Source: a virus
Length of the DNA stretch: 64,000 nucleotides
Virus record (IMG/VR): IMGVR_UViG_3300023301_001182
Location: 28,164 to 92,163 of that record
Direction: 5' to 3' (one strand)
Of the stretch, positions 1 through 11,375 are shown piece after piece. Position numbers and translations under genes: made by a program. The stretch's first letter is position 1. Each line of letters starts with the position of its first letter. Under the pieces are notes generated by a model, which saw only the letters and a list, made by a program, of their open reading frames with translations, was not told the DNA's origin and did no database searches.

Positions 1-2856
1 ATGACACCTATTGATTATGATTTTATAAAAGATGATATATTACAATTGTTTCCAAGACAGGAAGAAAAGGATTTATTTCATTTTAATATTACAGAGGATA
101 TAAACTTAAAATATCAATTCTCTGCAGGTAAAGCTGGTGTAGGACAGACTGCTAATACTATGATGGATCATATAAGAGGTAGTATGGCAGATTTATCTTT
201 TCATAAGTACTATTTAGGTATTGGTGAATTTAGAATAAAAGATGGTATAAAAGAAACTATATTTGATACAAAAGAGACCTCTAAAGATATAAAAGAAAAA
301 GGCAATAATCAAAAAAGGATAAAAATAACTGATTCACTTTCTGCAATACTTAATGCATTTGTTGATATTGCAAAAGATCCTTATATTACTAGAGGAAATT
401 GGAATACTCAAACTGCTAATGTAGGATTTATGCTACTTAGAGCTGGTGTTCATCCTTTTCATGTAAATGCTTTATTAGGTCAACCTATTTTAAAGGAATA
501 TGTAGAATTTGTAACCAATTCAGAATCTAAAATTAATAATGATACTGGTAATTTATCTAAGAAATTCTTAAAAGAAAAATTTGGTGAAGAAAAACCATCT
601 TTAAAAATAGATCCTTTATTTGATATAGGTGATTTTACTTTAAAAGAATTAAGATCTCAAATTGCTAATACAGAAAGTGATGAATTTATTCAAAAAAATA
701 TATTTAAAACCTTTATTGAGTGGCAAAACCAATCTAAGAAAGTAGGAGAAAATAATAAAGCTTCTAAATTTGATGTAGAAGGGTATGGTAAAAATGTTAC
801 ATCTCTAATTGTATATAAAAACTTAATTAATAAATTACTAATTACTGGGGAATATGAAGCTGGTAATTTTAAAGGTTTTGCTAGTAAATTAAAAAAAGAT
901 GGTAAGAATACTTTCTTAGCACATTATAAGGAAGGTATCATTGATTTTATAGGGGATGTTATGGTAGCAAATCCAGGTACATTTTTAGTTGCACAACCTG
1001 ATATTATAGATACATTTAATGAAATATCTAAAGGTGTTACAGGGGATGTATTAACAAACGATGAATTAGCAACTAAATTGGAAACTGCATATTATTCATA
1101 CTTAATGTCTGGATTTAAGCCTTTTGATGTTACTAATGAAGATAAAGCTGTTTTACTAGAAAGTATTATTAAAGACTTATCTAATTATAAAAAGGGAAGT
1201 AAAAATATATTAATTCAAGAATTAGATATTAAATTAGCTGAACGAGTTGATGGTAAAGAAACTTTCTTTATTGGGATGAACAATAGAAAGAAATCTGTAA
1301 CTTATGAGACAGATTTAATTGCCGCTTGGTTAGATTTAATTGAAGATAATCCAAAATTAGCAGAGGATTTAATTAAATATTCATACATTACATCTGGATT
1401 TCAGATGAATATGAATCAATTTTATAATCTAATACCTTATCAATGGTTTGTTAGAAATGGTTTAAATGATCACATTAGAGCTCATGTAAGTAACTTAGAG
1501 GGCGTAGATACCATATTTATGAAAAACTTCTTTAAACATAGCTTAAAAGACGATCAGATAGTATCAAAGGTCTTCAACAGTATGAAAGATAGAAATTATA
1601 TTCGTGATGTATTCGGATTTGTTTTAAAGGATAAAGATAATGTTAAGAGTTATGTTAAACAAGACGTAGAGGTTAGTAAAGATATGCTTGGAGAACCAAT
1701 TTATAAAGCTAGATTATATGAATTAGTTGGATATACTAAGGATAATAAACCTGTATATATGGCTACATCTTCTAAAGGGAGTGTAGATAAAAAAGGTTTT
1801 AAAGTTTATGAATATTCACCTATTGAATCAGATAATAGTATCTTTAGTAAAAATAATGTAAAAGTACCTATAAAGAGACAAGATGAAATTAATAGATATA
1901 TAGCTCCTAAACAAGATATAGTTAATAGTAGTCCAGTGGCTAATGTAGAAATAGATATTGTGAATGATAATGATGTAGTAGTTGAGAAGGAAATAGAGGA
2001 TTTAATAGAACCTAAGACTTTAAAAGAATATGCAGATAAATATAATATTAGATTTTATCAAAATAGAGAAATTGTTACACAAGAAGATATTGATTATTAT
2101 GATGGTCAATTAAAAAGGTTACTGGATGGTGGCTCATTTAAATATGCAATGTTTGAATTTTTTGAAAATACTACAAATTTGAGAAATAAATCTTCTTTTA
2201 AACGTTACTATGATAAACTAATAGAAAAAGGATTTAAACCAGTAGAAGGGAAAGAATATATATTATCTAAAGGGGGTGTAAACCCTATAGATGAATTTAA
2301 TAAAGAATATAGAATAGGGAAAGTAAGTAATATAGTAGATACTTCTGAAATATATCAAAAAAGAAATATATTTACAGTAAAACCTATACAAGCAGTAGAT
2401 AAAAAAGCTATATCTAAAGCAAGTATAGCTACACAATATATAGGATTTGCTGAAGGAATTGAAGGTAGTTCTACAGCTTTATATGCTAAACAAGCAGGTG
2501 ATGTTGCTAATACAGGAGTTTATAACTTTAATGATGTAATATTTGTATCTGTAGGTGGAAAAAGAGGTACTGAAGTTATAAGACAAAAACAACAGGATAA
2601 GACTATTATAGAAGCTATTAAAGCATTAGAAAAGGGTGCTACTCTACTTACTGATAATAAAGAATATGTAGACAATAATCCTTATAATGAGGGAGAAAAG
2701 AAACTTAAATCTAAACTAGAAAGTGAAAGATATAACTATTCTGAAATTATAGTAGATGAAAATAAAATAGGAGTTTGGAATAAAGTAAATAATAAAAAAA
2801 TAAAACCAATAGATCCAAATCAACTGGATATATTTAATAACGAAGATAACTGTTAA
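1..2856 (+). CDS. C-terminal part of a crAss-like virion RNA polymerase (probably 5'-truncated by the window edge)
   Basis: Large ORF with AGKAGVGQTAN and NAFVDIAKDPYI segments resembling crAss-like virion RNAP. It lies just upstream of the zincin-motif giant protein. The catalytic DxDxD motif is not visible in the window. Confidence 0.65.
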   Translation: MTPIDYDFIKDDILQLFPRQEEKDLFHFNITEDINLKYQFSAGKAGVGQTANTMMDHIRGSMADLSFHKYYLGIGEFRIKDGIKETIFDTKETSKDIKEKGNNQKRIKITDSLSAILNAFVDIAKDPYITRGNWNTQTANVGFMLLRAGVHPFHVNALLGQPILKEYVEFVTNSESKINNDTGNLSKKFLKEKFGEEKPSLKIDPLFDIGDFTLKELRSQIANTESDEFIQKNIFKTFIEWQNQSKKVGENNKASKFDVEGYGKNVTSLIVYKNLINKLLITGEYEAGNFKGFASKLKKDGKNTFLAHYKEGIIDFIGDVMVANPGTFLVAQPDIIDTFNEISKGVTGDVLTNDELATKLETAYYSYLMSGFKPFDVTNEDKAVLLESIIKDLSNYKKGSKNILIQELDIKLAERVDGKETFFIGMNNRKKSVTYETDLIAAWLDLIEDNPKLAEDLIKYSYITSGFQMNMNQFYNLIPYQWFVRNGLNDHIRAHVSNLEGVDTIFMKNFFKHSLKDDQIVSKVFNSMKDRNYIRDVFGFVLKDKDNVKSYVKQDVEVSKDMLGEPIYKARLYELVGYTKDNKPVYMATSSKGSVDKKGFKVYEYSPIESDNSIFSKNNVKVPIKRQDEINRYIAPKQDIVNSSPVANVEIDIVNDNDVVVEKEIEDLIEPKTLKEYADKYNIRFYQNREIVTQEDIDYYDGQLKRLLDGGSFKYAMFEFFENTTNLRNKSSFKRYYDKLIEKGFKPVEGKEYILSKGGVNPIDEFNKEYRIGKVSNIVDTSEIYQKRNIFTVKPIQAVDKKAISKASIATQYIGFAEGIEGSSTALYAKQAGDVANTGVYNFNDVIFVSVGGKRGTEVIRQKQQDKTIIEAIKALEKGATLLTDNKEYVDNNPYNEGEKKLKSKLESERYNYSEIIVDENKIGVWNKVNNKKIKPIDPNQLDIFNNEDNC

Positions 2857-2859
2857 AAA

Positions 2860-5800
2860 ATGGGATGTCCAATAAAAGTAAAATTAATCAACGACTTAAT
2901 AGATAAGGGAGCTATTAATAGTAAAGAAGAGGTTATTAATTTAGCCAAATTTAAAGATTTAAATGAATCATATACCAAATTAGCTAATGGAGAGTATGAT
3001 GTAAATACCTATGGTAAAGATTTATTTACTGTAGAAGATATATCTGTTAAAGGTAGGTCTATTACTAAAATTATCCCTAATACTACAGTTTTAGATTTAA
3101 TGACAGATGTTGTTGAAGATAGTAAAGTAGAAGAGACTGTTAATGAAGAAGTTATTATTGATAAAAAAAATATAACAGATTTACTTGATGAAAGTGCAGA
3201 TAACTTCTTATATACTGTAGAAGAATCAGTACAAACTGAAACCACTGATCCTAATATAAATAGTAAAATATTATTTGATAATCAAGATAGAACTTTTACA
3301 GCTAAAGAAGTGTTAGATAATATTAAACTAAATTATTCTGGATTGAATGAAGGTGTTATTGCTTTAATTGATAAATTATTACCAAAGTTATATACTACTA
3401 ATTCTAAGATTAAATTTGTATCAGAAGCAACATTATCTAACACTAATGATGTAATGGAGTATAATCCTATTACAAATGAAGTTTTAATATCAAAAGATAG
3501 ATTAGAAAAGTATAATACAGAAACTGTAATAGCTTCTTTTTTACACGAAGTAATTCATAGTACTGTTATTAAAGCCTATAAGAATCCTGTTACTATGGAA
3601 GAAAAGATGTTTAAATCTTTCATAGATGATATATTTGCAAAGTATAAGGATACTGCAGATTTCAAAGAACAAGGGTTTGATAATGAAATGGAATTCATGG
3701 CTAAGATAATGACTGATTCTGAGTTTCAAGATAAAATTAAGAACACTGAAAGTCTTTGGGATAGAATAGTAGATTATATTAGAACACTTATAGGGTTACC
3801 TAAAAATAGTGAATATAATAATATTATAGAGGAGATAACTAAAGTTATAGAAGAGAGTAATTATGTAGGTGGTATAAATGATATGTTATATCAAAGCAGA
3901 GCTGAACGTAATTATTATGATATATCATCTACAGAAAAAAGACAGAAGAAAGTATTAGATGGTATTAAAGATAATTTAGAAGAGAGTGTTAGAAGATATG
4001 ACAATCTTATTAAAAAATTAAAAGACCCAAGTAAATTATCTAAATATTCAGATAAATTAAAAGACATTTTTGATAATTTAGAAAATTTTGATGATACACA
4101 AGAATGGTTAGCAATTAGTACATTTGTTGGTCAATTAAGTAGAAATATTAATAATTTAAAAGAAAGTTTTAATAAAGTAGATATTACAGCAGATGATATA
4201 GAGAAAACTGTTAATTTATACGATAAATATTTAACATCACATTCTTTAATAGAAGAAATATCTGATTTTGTATCTAAAGCTAAAGCTGATGAACATTTTT
4301 CAATTAGTAGGGAAGATATAATAAAACTACAAAATGACCTATCTATTGCTAAAGGAGAATATGATGCTTTGAAAAAAGATATTCAAAGTATGAAAGAAAA
4401 ATTTGCAACAAATCTTTTAAATAATAGAAAATATGCTTCAGAAGTATTACATAAATGGGAAATTAAATTAGGTAAAAAATATAATACTTTAGGACTTAAA
4501 GAAAATAAAACTAATTGGGTAGGTAGACAAATGAATACTATCTATAAAGAAGAAATTGATGCAGATGTTAAAGAAAATGCTAATAAATTAGTTAATAATG
4601 TAGATTATGATATTACTAAGTTAACAGGATTATTTGTATCTGGGATTAGCACTAATTCCAAGTTAATTAAAATCATGCAAAATCTTGTAAATGAAGTTAG
4701 GGGAAATATTATTAAAACAATTAGAAATAAAGACTTTGAATTAAAACCTATCTTTGATAAATTTGTAAAAGCTAAAGGAAATAGTTCTCCATCTGTAATG
4801 AATAAAAATATTTTAGAATATGATAAAGATGGTACTGCTTATTTAAAAGGTGATTATAAATTAGAATTTAGAGAATTATATCAAACTAAATTAAAGGATT
4901 ATAATGCTGAAAAAATAGCAGTTGAATCTAAATTTGGAATTGCTTCCTCTGAGTATCAAAAATTATATATTGATTCTGAGTTTAAAAATTGGGTTGATAA
5001 TAATACTATTACTATATCAGATGAAATGGGTAATGAATATAAAAGACCTATTGATAAGTGGAAGAATGATTTATCAAAATTACCTATAGAAGATAGAGAG
5101 GTTATTGAGGCATTTAGAAAGATTTCACAAGATAGCAATAAGTCTACATTTAAAATACAATCTTTAATTAGTAAACCTTTATTTGGTGGTAGATACTATA
5201 GTTTACCTGTAGCTACTAAAACCGATTTAGAAAGAGTATTAGAGAAACAAGTTGTTGGTACTATAAAAGATAAATGGTATGATTTAACTAAGGTTAGACC
5301 TGATGATATAGGTTATGAAATTATTAATACAGATTTAGCTGGAAAACCTATTTATAATGTTAAAATACATTATAGGGGTAAGTTAGATCCGTCTCAACAA
5401 TCCTTAGATGTATTTACTTTATATAGGCTAGAAGCTAGAAATGGTATAAGCTTTGAAGAGAAGCACAATGCTGAAACTAATGTTAATATGTTAGTAGATA
5501 TTTCTAAACATAAAGAATACTATCGTAGTACTGGTACTAGAGTACCATTTTTAAATATAAATATTAATAGAAATAAAGAAGCTACTAAAAAAGGAGAAGA
5601 GTCTAATACATATAAAAGAATGATATCATTGATGGAATCAAATATTTATGATATATTATATAAAGATGCTGGAAAGACTGGTAAAATAGATAATAATAAA
5701 GCTGTTGCATTAGCTATAGGGTGGACAGCTAAAGTTGGTTTATGGATGGCTGGCGTAGCTGGTTCTGTTAATGTATTAAATGGTAAAGCTCAGTTATTTT

Positions 5801-7011
5801 TAGAAACTATTGCTGGTACAAGTATTACTAGAAGATCGTTAGGAGTAGCTGAGAAAAACTACTTTAAAGATATAAAAGCAAATATGCAAGATTTGACTAA
5901 CCCAATTAAAACATCTTTTACCAATCAAGTAAATGAAATGTTTGATACTTTTGGTACAATAAGTGTTAAAGTAGAGCAAGCATTTATAAGAAATACATTG
6001 GCCAAATCAGTATTAGATACACAATCTTTACAATTTGTACAAGAAAGTGGAGAACATTGGATGCAATCTACTTTAACTCAAGGTGTTTTAGAAGATATAA
6101 AAGTTATGGATAAAAATAATAACTTCTTAACTAAAACTGGAGAAATAACTACAGAGGAAAACGGAGCATCTATGTTGGATATGCTGTTTAAAAATCCTAT
6201 TACTGAGCAATTAGAATTAAACCCAAAAGTAGTTTATACCACTAGAAGCATTGGGGTGAAATATAATGAAGGCGGTAAAGAAATAGTTACTAGTCTTATA
6301 AAATTAAAGATATTACAAACAATGGGTAATTATGATAAAAATATGCAACCCGAGGCTATGCGGCATGCTCAATATAAAATGCTTATGACATTTAGAAGAT
6401 ACTTTGTAGAATTAGGGATAAATAGATTTAGAGGTTTTTCTCGTGTAGATATAGCAAGTAAAGATTTATTTGATGAAGAGAAATTTTATTCAGAAGAAGA
6501 ACAAGAGTATATAGAGGGAATGTATACTACAACTATACGATATATAATTCCAATTATAAAATCTTTAAATTATAAATTAGTCTCTACAAATTGGAAAGAA
6601 TTATCAGATTATGAAAAAAGTAATATTCATAAAACTATTGTAGAAGTAGCTATAACTAGTGCTGTATTACCAGCTATTGGTGCATTATTAGCAGCTTTAA
6701 AAGGAGATGATGATGATGAACGTATTTGGTTTTTAATGTTAATTAATAGAAGATTACAATCTGAATTATCTTCTTTTAGGAGTTTAAGTGAACAATATAA
6801 AATACTTGAATCCCCTATACCATCTATGAGGATGTTAGAAAATGCTACTAGGGTGATAGGTGATATAGCACAACCTTTGAATTGGAATGAAAGGGATAGT
6901 AAAGATAGATTAAAAATTATAAAAGATTTTAAGAAAATAACTCCAATCATAAATTCTACTAATTCTACATATAAACAAAAATATCAATATTTAATATATA
7001 TGACAAATTAA
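2860..7011 (+). CDS. Large virion/ejected protein with a zincin-like HEXXH motif
   Basis: 1383 aa with FLHEVIHS, a downstream EFMA segment and a hydrophobic C-terminal stretch. Its position after the RNAP matches crAss-like gene order. Confidence 0.6.
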   Translation: MGCPIKVKLINDLIDKGAINSKEEVINLAKFKDLNESYTKLANGEYDVNTYGKDLFTVEDISVKGRSITKIIPNTTVLDLMTDVVEDSKVEETVNEEVIIDKKNITDLLDESADNFLYTVEESVQTETTDPNINSKILFDNQDRTFTAKEVLDNIKLNYSGLNEGVIALIDKLLPKLYTTNSKIKFVSEATLSNTNDVMEYNPITNEVLISKDRLEKYNTETVIASFLHEVIHSTVIKAYKNPVTMEEKMFKSFIDDIFAKYKDTADFKEQGFDNEMEFMAKIMTDSEFQDKIKNTESLWDRIVDYIRTLIGLPKNSEYNNIIEEITKVIEESNYVGGINDMLYQSRAERNYYDISSTEKRQKKVLDGIKDNLEESVRRYDNLIKKLKDPSKLSKYSDKLKDIFDNLENFDDTQEWLAISTFVGQLSRNINNLKESFNKVDITADDIEKTVNLYDKYLTSHSLIEEISDFVSKAKADEHFSISREDIIKLQNDLSIAKGEYDALKKDIQSMKEKFATNLLNNRKYASEVLHKWEIKLGKKYNTLGLKENKTNWVGRQMNTIYKEEIDADVKENANKLVNNVDYDITKLTGLFVSGISTNSKLIKIMQNLVNEVRGNIIKTIRNKDFELKPIFDKFVKAKGNSSPSVMNKNILEYDKDGTAYLKGDYKLEFRELYQTKLKDYNAEKIAVESKFGIASSEYQKLYIDSEFKNWVDNNTITISDEMGNEYKRPIDKWKNDLSKLPIEDREVIEAFRKISQDSNKSTFKIQSLISKPLFGGRYYSLPVATKTDLERVLEKQVVGTIKDKWYDLTKVRPDDIGYEIINTDLAGKPIYNVKIHYRGKLDPSQQSLDVFTLYRLEARNGISFEEKHNAETNVNMLVDISKHKEYYRSTGTRVPFLNININRNKEATKKGEESNTYKRMISLMESNIYDILYKDAGKTGKIDNNKAVALAIGWTAKVGLWMAGVAGSVNVLNGKAQLFLETIAGTSITRRSLGVAEKNYFKDIKANMQDLTNPIKTSFTNQVNEMFDTFGTISVKVEQAFIRNTLAKSVLDTQSLQFVQESGEHWMQSTLTQGVLEDIKVMDKNNNFLTKTGEITTEENGASMLDMLFKNPITEQLELNPKVVYTTRSIGVKYNEGGKEIVTSLIKLKILQTMGNYDKNMQPEAMRHAQYKMLMTFRRYFVELGINRFRGFSRVDIASKDLFDEEKFYSEEEQEYIEGMYTTTIRYIIPIIKSLNYKLVSTNWKELSDYEKSNIHKTIVEVAITSAVLPAIGALLAALKGDDDDERIWFLMLINRRLQSELSSFRSLSEQYKILESPIPSMRMLENATRVIGDIAQPLNWNERDSKDRLKIIKDFKKITPIINSTNSTYKQKYQYLIYMTN

Positions 7012-7045
7012 AGAAAAGGTCAAAAATTTTAGAAAAAGTCTAAAA

Positions 7046-7086
7046 AAAGAAAGGGAATTCCAAATTGATGGTTTTCCCTTTTCTTA
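7046..7086. terminator. Bidirectional intrinsic terminator between convergent modules
   Basis: aagaaagggaa...ttttcccttttctt imperfect hairpin with A/T tracts on both sides, at the +/- convergence point. Confidence 0.7.
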
Positions 7087-7093
7087 TTTCTAT

Positions 7094-7723
7094 TTACCAC
7101 ATAAATGAGCCGTCACTACAAATATTACTATTTCCAGTATTAGAAACAGCATTACCTCTTACAGAAGTAGTATTTCCAGTCCTAATTTGTTCCCAAATTC
7201 CTGGTCCACCTGTACCATTATTACTGATAGTAATAGGCTGTGTGACTGCAGCTCTTTGTTGAGCTGGTGTATTAAATATATCTCTTACAGCATCTTCAAT
7301 CTCGTCAATATCTGTTTCATATTTACCACAATTACCTTTCCATTTAAGTAACATCATAGTCATTTCTGAACCATTAGTGCTTTTATATGGTTGTTTAAAA
7401 ACCACATCTAGATAAGGTTCTAGTACCTTATTAAGTTCCCTCATATAACGATTATGAACATCTACTAAGATTTGACTACAAGTGTTTCTTTGTAGAACTT
7501 CTATAAACTTTTTAATATCTTCATTAATGATAAGTCTTATATTTTGTGCTAACCCAATAGAGGATATTTGACAGTTTTGTGTAGGATGTCTTATTATCAT
7601 TATATTCATACTATAATTATTAGGAGTTTTAAATCTTATTTTAGTATCATAACCTTCTCCTTTATAACTTTCTACTACCACTGTAGTTGTTACCTTTTCT
7701 TTTTCAACTTCTTTTATCTCCAT
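7094..7723 (-). CDS. Hypothetical protein, paralog of 40361..40801
   Basis: Shares P-x-x-NCQ-x-x-SIG-x-AQ and Y-x-x-TNGS-x-M-x-M motifs with 40361..40801. Confidence 0.7.
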   Translation of the reverse strand: MEIKEVEKEKVTTTVVVESYKGEGYDTKIRFKTPNNYSMNIMIIRHPTQNCQISSIGLAQNIRLIINEDIKKFIEVLQRNTCSQILVDVHNRYMRELNKVLEPYLDVVFKQPYKSTNGSEMTMMLLKWKGNCGKYETDIDEIEDAVRDIFNTPAQQRAAVTQPITISNNGTGGPGIWEQIRTGNTTSVRGNAVSNTGNSNICSDGSFMW

Positions 7724-7724
7724 A

Positions 7725-8645
7725 CTAATATATTCTATTTACTTTAGTTCTTGTTAATAAATTCCATTGTATAGCATCAGCCAAATAATCTGGAAAATAT
7801 TCATCGAAAGAACTCATTATTAATTTAAAATGTGTTAACATATAAGTAGTTAACCATGGATTATTAGGTTGTGAACATCTAAACATTATAGCTTTCTTAA
7901 ATAATCTAACTATATCCTGTGCAGTAGCATCAAACTCTACTAATTCATCTATAAGAAATTCATTAGCACAGTCAACATATAATCTTTCCATAATTAATTC
8001 TAATTTATTCTCATCAGAAAGACATTTCCATAACGCTTGTGATGGTTGTGTTTTACCTGATGTTAAACATAATAAACTATCTTGCCATAATGAAGAAGGT
8101 CTATCAAATTTAAAAAGGTCAAATAATGAATCTTCAGTAAATAAATCATAAGATTTATATTGATGTGGTATATAGCTTTGTTTATACCCCATTGCACCAA
8201 AGAATATTAAATACCTTGACCAAAGTTCTGTTCTCCTATGCCATTTGTTTGGTACATCTTTCATATAGGTTTCATATATATGAGAATGTGTTTTAATGTT
8301 ATCTTCCCAATCTTCAAGATTGCTACTTAAATATGTAGCTTTAGCTCTAGTCCAAGAGTATACAAATGACAATGGTGCAAGTGTAACTTTTGCCGTAGTA
8401 TAAGCATGTTTTTTAAAACTTTCAAATACTGCAACTTTTGTAGCGTCATGTATTGTATAATACTTACCCTCTGTATGGTAAGTTACACTTGCATTATTTG
8501 TATGACAAACATCTTTTTCTTTTACTTTTAATTTTTCTTTTATATTTTTTAATTCTTCGTTGTTCCAACATATAAATTCATTAGGTGGAAGTTCGTCCTC
8601 TAACCCTAAATATATATTGTTGGCTGTTCGCCCTACTATCATCAT
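7725..8645 (-). CDS. Hypothetical protein
   Basis: 306-aa ORF tightly packed in the operon. Confidence 0.65.
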   Translation of the reverse strand: MMIVGRTANNIYLGLEDELPPNEFICWNNEELKNIKEKLKVKEKDVCHTNNASVTYHTEGKYYTIHDATKVAVFESFKKHAYTTAKVTLAPLSFVYSWTRAKATYLSSNLEDWEDNIKTHSHIYETYMKDVPNKWHRRTELWSRYLIFFGAMGYKQSYIPHQYKSYDLFTEDSLFDLFKFDRPSSLWQDSLLCLTSGKTQPSQALWKCLSDENKLELIMERLYVDCANEFLIDELVEFDATAQDIVRLFKKAIMFRCSQPNNPWLTTYMLTHFKLIMSSFDEYFPDYLADAIQWNLLTRTKVNRIY

Positions 8646-8652
8646 AATGTTT

Positions 8653-9849
8653 CTATATTTTTAATGATGTTAAACATTCATTTATATTATTAAAATAGAT
8701 AGGTTTTAGATTTTGTATTCCTTCTGTCATTTTAGAAAACCACACTTCTTCTTGTGTATCTTCTGTTAACAAAATAAATACATAACCTACTGTCCCATCA
8801 TCTCTAAGTCTACCAATTCGTTGTATAAAATCTTTATCTGTACTATAATATGACATTATTATACAGTTATCTAATCCTACTAAATTAGCACCTTGTTTAA
8901 GTTTTTTAAAACTTCCTATTATATTGATTTTTCCTGTATCAAAAGCATATCTAATCCTATCATTAATTACTTCAGTATTCTTTGAACTAACTACATTAGG
9001 TGTTATTTTTAATAAACTTTCTAAACTATTACCAAATACAATAGTCTTTGTTGTTAGATGTTCTAGTAGTTTTTTAATAACTACTACTTTAGATTCTAAA
9101 TTATAAAGAATACTACTACGTTTATAAGCAGATATTCTAATCTTTAGTCTTTTATCATCTTCATCTAATATATACCAAGCTCTCTTATGAATCTTATCCC
9201 AATAATCATAAGCTGCTTTTTCTGTTTGATAAAATCTCTTACTTTTACTTCCTGCTACTATATTCTTAGTATCACTATCCAATTTATGTAATATTACATA
9301 TAATTGCAAAGAACGTGCAGTACCTTCTTTTTGTCCCTGATCAATCGAATATTTGAAACAAATAGGGGCTATACTTTTCAGTATCTCCCCTTTTGTCACC
9401 AATTTATCACTAATCATATATTTTACTGTCTTATTCACTGTTGCGGATAATCCAATAATAGCATCATAACTATTATTTTTATAAAACTGCGAATAAGCTG
9501 GACTTAAAGAATCATGAACCTCATCGCATATCACTAAACCATACTTATTACCTTTCAGTCTATAAGCAGATTGATAACATAGGAATTGTAAGTTATAATC
9601 ATTTGTCACATCTCTATTGAATATTTTATTAAACTTTTTGATGTCAGCGATTAAATCTTTTTTTCTTCCTACTGTTTCTGCCAAAAAGAGATGTATTTTA
9701 TTATCTCTAGGCATAGTATATAGGGCATGCAAACTAATGAAGGTTTTACCAAGACCTGTGATTATCTCACAAGTCCCGATTTTACCTGCATCTTGCCAAG
9801 CTTGCAAAGCCTTTTGTTGAATTTCATCTTTTTGTTTGTTAATCATCAT
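8653..9849 (-). CDS. Superfamily 2 (DExH) helicase
   Basis: TGLGKT (motif I), DEVH (II), SAT (III), QRIGR (VI). Confidence 0.9.
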   Translation of the reverse strand: MMINKQKDEIQQKALQAWQDAGKIGTCEIITGLGKTFISLHALYTMPRDNKIHLFLAETVGRKKDLIADIKKFNKIFNRDVTNDYNLQFLCYQSAYRLKGNKYGLVICDEVHDSLSPAYSQFYKNNSYDAIIGLSATVNKTVKYMISDKLVTKGEILKSIAPICFKYSIDQGQKEGTARSLQLYVILHKLDSDTKNIVAGSKSKRFYQTEKAAYDYWDKIHKRAWYILDEDDKRLKIRISAYKRSSILYNLESKVVVIKKLLEHLTTKTIVFGNSLESLLKITPNVVSSKNTEVINDRIRYAFDTGKINIIGSFKKLKQGANLVGLDNCIIMSYYSTDKDFIQRIGRLRDDGTVGYVFILLTEDTQEEVWFSKMTEGIQNLKPIYFNNINECLTSLKI

Positions 9850-10099
9850 CTATTAACTTCTTCAAACTATAAGTACTATTTTTAGTTTTAAAAGTATTCT
9901 TGTCTATTAATTTAGTAACTATTGATGTATATAAATGTTCTCTAGGATGATCTTTTCCCGTACCAAAACGAAACCTTTCTCCTACTTTAGGAGAAGATAT
10001 ATATCTTCCAACCCAATACATACCTTCCAATATGAAATTAGGATGATGATCATTAAATACATCATCAGTTAATTTTTCTAATTTATACATAATTTTCAT
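9839..10099 (-). CDS. Hypothetical protein
   Basis: 86-aa ORF overlapping both neighbours. Confidence 0.6.
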   Translation of the reverse strand: MKIMYKLEKLTDDVFNDHHPNFILEGMYWVGRYISSPKVGERFRFGTGKDHPREHLYTSIVTKLIDKNTFKTKNSTYSLKKLIDDD

Positions 10100-10773
10100 A
10101 GTTTTAATATATTACCATTACTACTAAGTACACCAAATTTACCATCAGTTACTACACTTCCATTACTAAAAATAGTATCTTGAATTGATAATTTCATTGT
10201 ACCAGCATTAATAATATCTTTATTATTATGAATATGACCAAATAACATAAGTTTAGGTTGTACCACTAACATTCTTTTCATTAATGCACTACAACCACAT
10301 CTTTCAATATAATTATTAAAATCATGAGAGTTATCAAGTATTCCTTTAGGTGGACCATGTACTACTACTATATCAGAATCATCTGGTATAGTCTTCCATA
10401 GTTTATCTAATTTATCCCTTTTTCTCATAAAAGACCAATTACCAAAAGTAGGAGTATATGGACTTCCCCATATTTTAATACCTTCTATTGTTATATCTTC
10501 ATTTTCTAAATATATTATATTTAATTCTTTACATAGTTCTCTAAATTTCTTTGACCATTTATAAGCCAAAGTATCATGATTACCTGAAATAAGAACTTTA
10601 TATTTAATATCTAATTTAGAATACCAATATAGAAAATTATGAGATTCACCTTCATTTTTATATACATCAAATGAATGACTATAATCTCCTGAATGTATTA
10701 TCATATCTATATCATTAGGTATTTTTAGTAATTCATGATATCCATGAGTGTCAGAAATATGATAAATTATCAT
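10096..10773 (-). CDS. Calcineurin-like metallophosphoesterase
   Basis: SDTH, HSGD, GNHD, VHGPP, FGHIH motifs. Confidence 0.9.
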   Translation of the reverse strand: MIIYHISDTHGYHELLKIPNDIDMIIHSGDYSHSFDVYKNEGESHNFLYWYSKLDIKYKVLISGNHDTLAYKWSKKFRELCKELNIIYLENEDITIEGIKIWGSPYTPTFGNWSFMRKRDKLDKLWKTIPDDSDIVVVHGPPKGILDNSHDFNNYIERCGCSALMKRMLVVQPKLMLFGHIHNNKDIINAGTMKLSIQDTIFSNGSVVTDGKFGVLSSNGNILKL

Positions 10774-11375
10774 GGTATATATAAATTTGTTGGGTTATTT
10801 TTATGAATCTCTATATTTGGAAAATGTTCATGAAAATCTCTAATATCAAATGGGGATGTTATAATATGTTCACCATTTTTGCTTGGTATTCTACATATAA
10901 TATTATGATTCCCTTTATTTGGATTAACCTCATAAGTAAAATCTTTTATTAAGTTATATAACTTATCATTTACTTCACCATCTATATCTAAAATCCATTT
11001 TTTATCAATATCATCATTATGTAAACCTACAACAGAATTATAAGCTTTATGTGCTTTATTATGTGTTCCGTCTACTAATTGTAAAACAAGTTTACTAATA
11101 TGTTTCAATTGCATTTTTTTAAAACTTCTTCTATTAAGATTAATCCCAGCCCTAGCTTGAAATATTTCACAAAGTTGTATAATTTCTGGCATAACAAATT
11201 CAAAATGTTCTAAAGATTTAATATAATAACCTTTTACTAATCTTGAATTATTATTTGTACTATTAACTTTGCCTATTTTATGATCTTTCTTTCTTTGAAG
11301 AATTTGTATAAAATAAAAATCATCATCTGATCTAAAATCTAATAGTTCTTTTATTTGTTTATAATTATTTATCAT
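10770..11375 (-). CDS. Hypothetical phage protein
   Basis: 201-aa ORF with 4-nt overlaps to both neighbours; WILDID segment. Confidence 0.6.
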   Translation of the reverse strand: MINNYKQIKELLDFRSDDDFYFIQILQRKKDHKIGKVNSTNNNSRLVKGYYIKSLEHFEFVMPEIIQLCEIFQARAGINLNRRSFKKMQLKHISKLVLQLVDGTHNKAHKAYNSVVGLHNDDIDKKWILDIDGEVNDKLYNLIKDFTYEVNPNKGNHNIICRIPSKNGEHIITSPFDIRDFHEHFPNIEIHKNNPTNLYIP

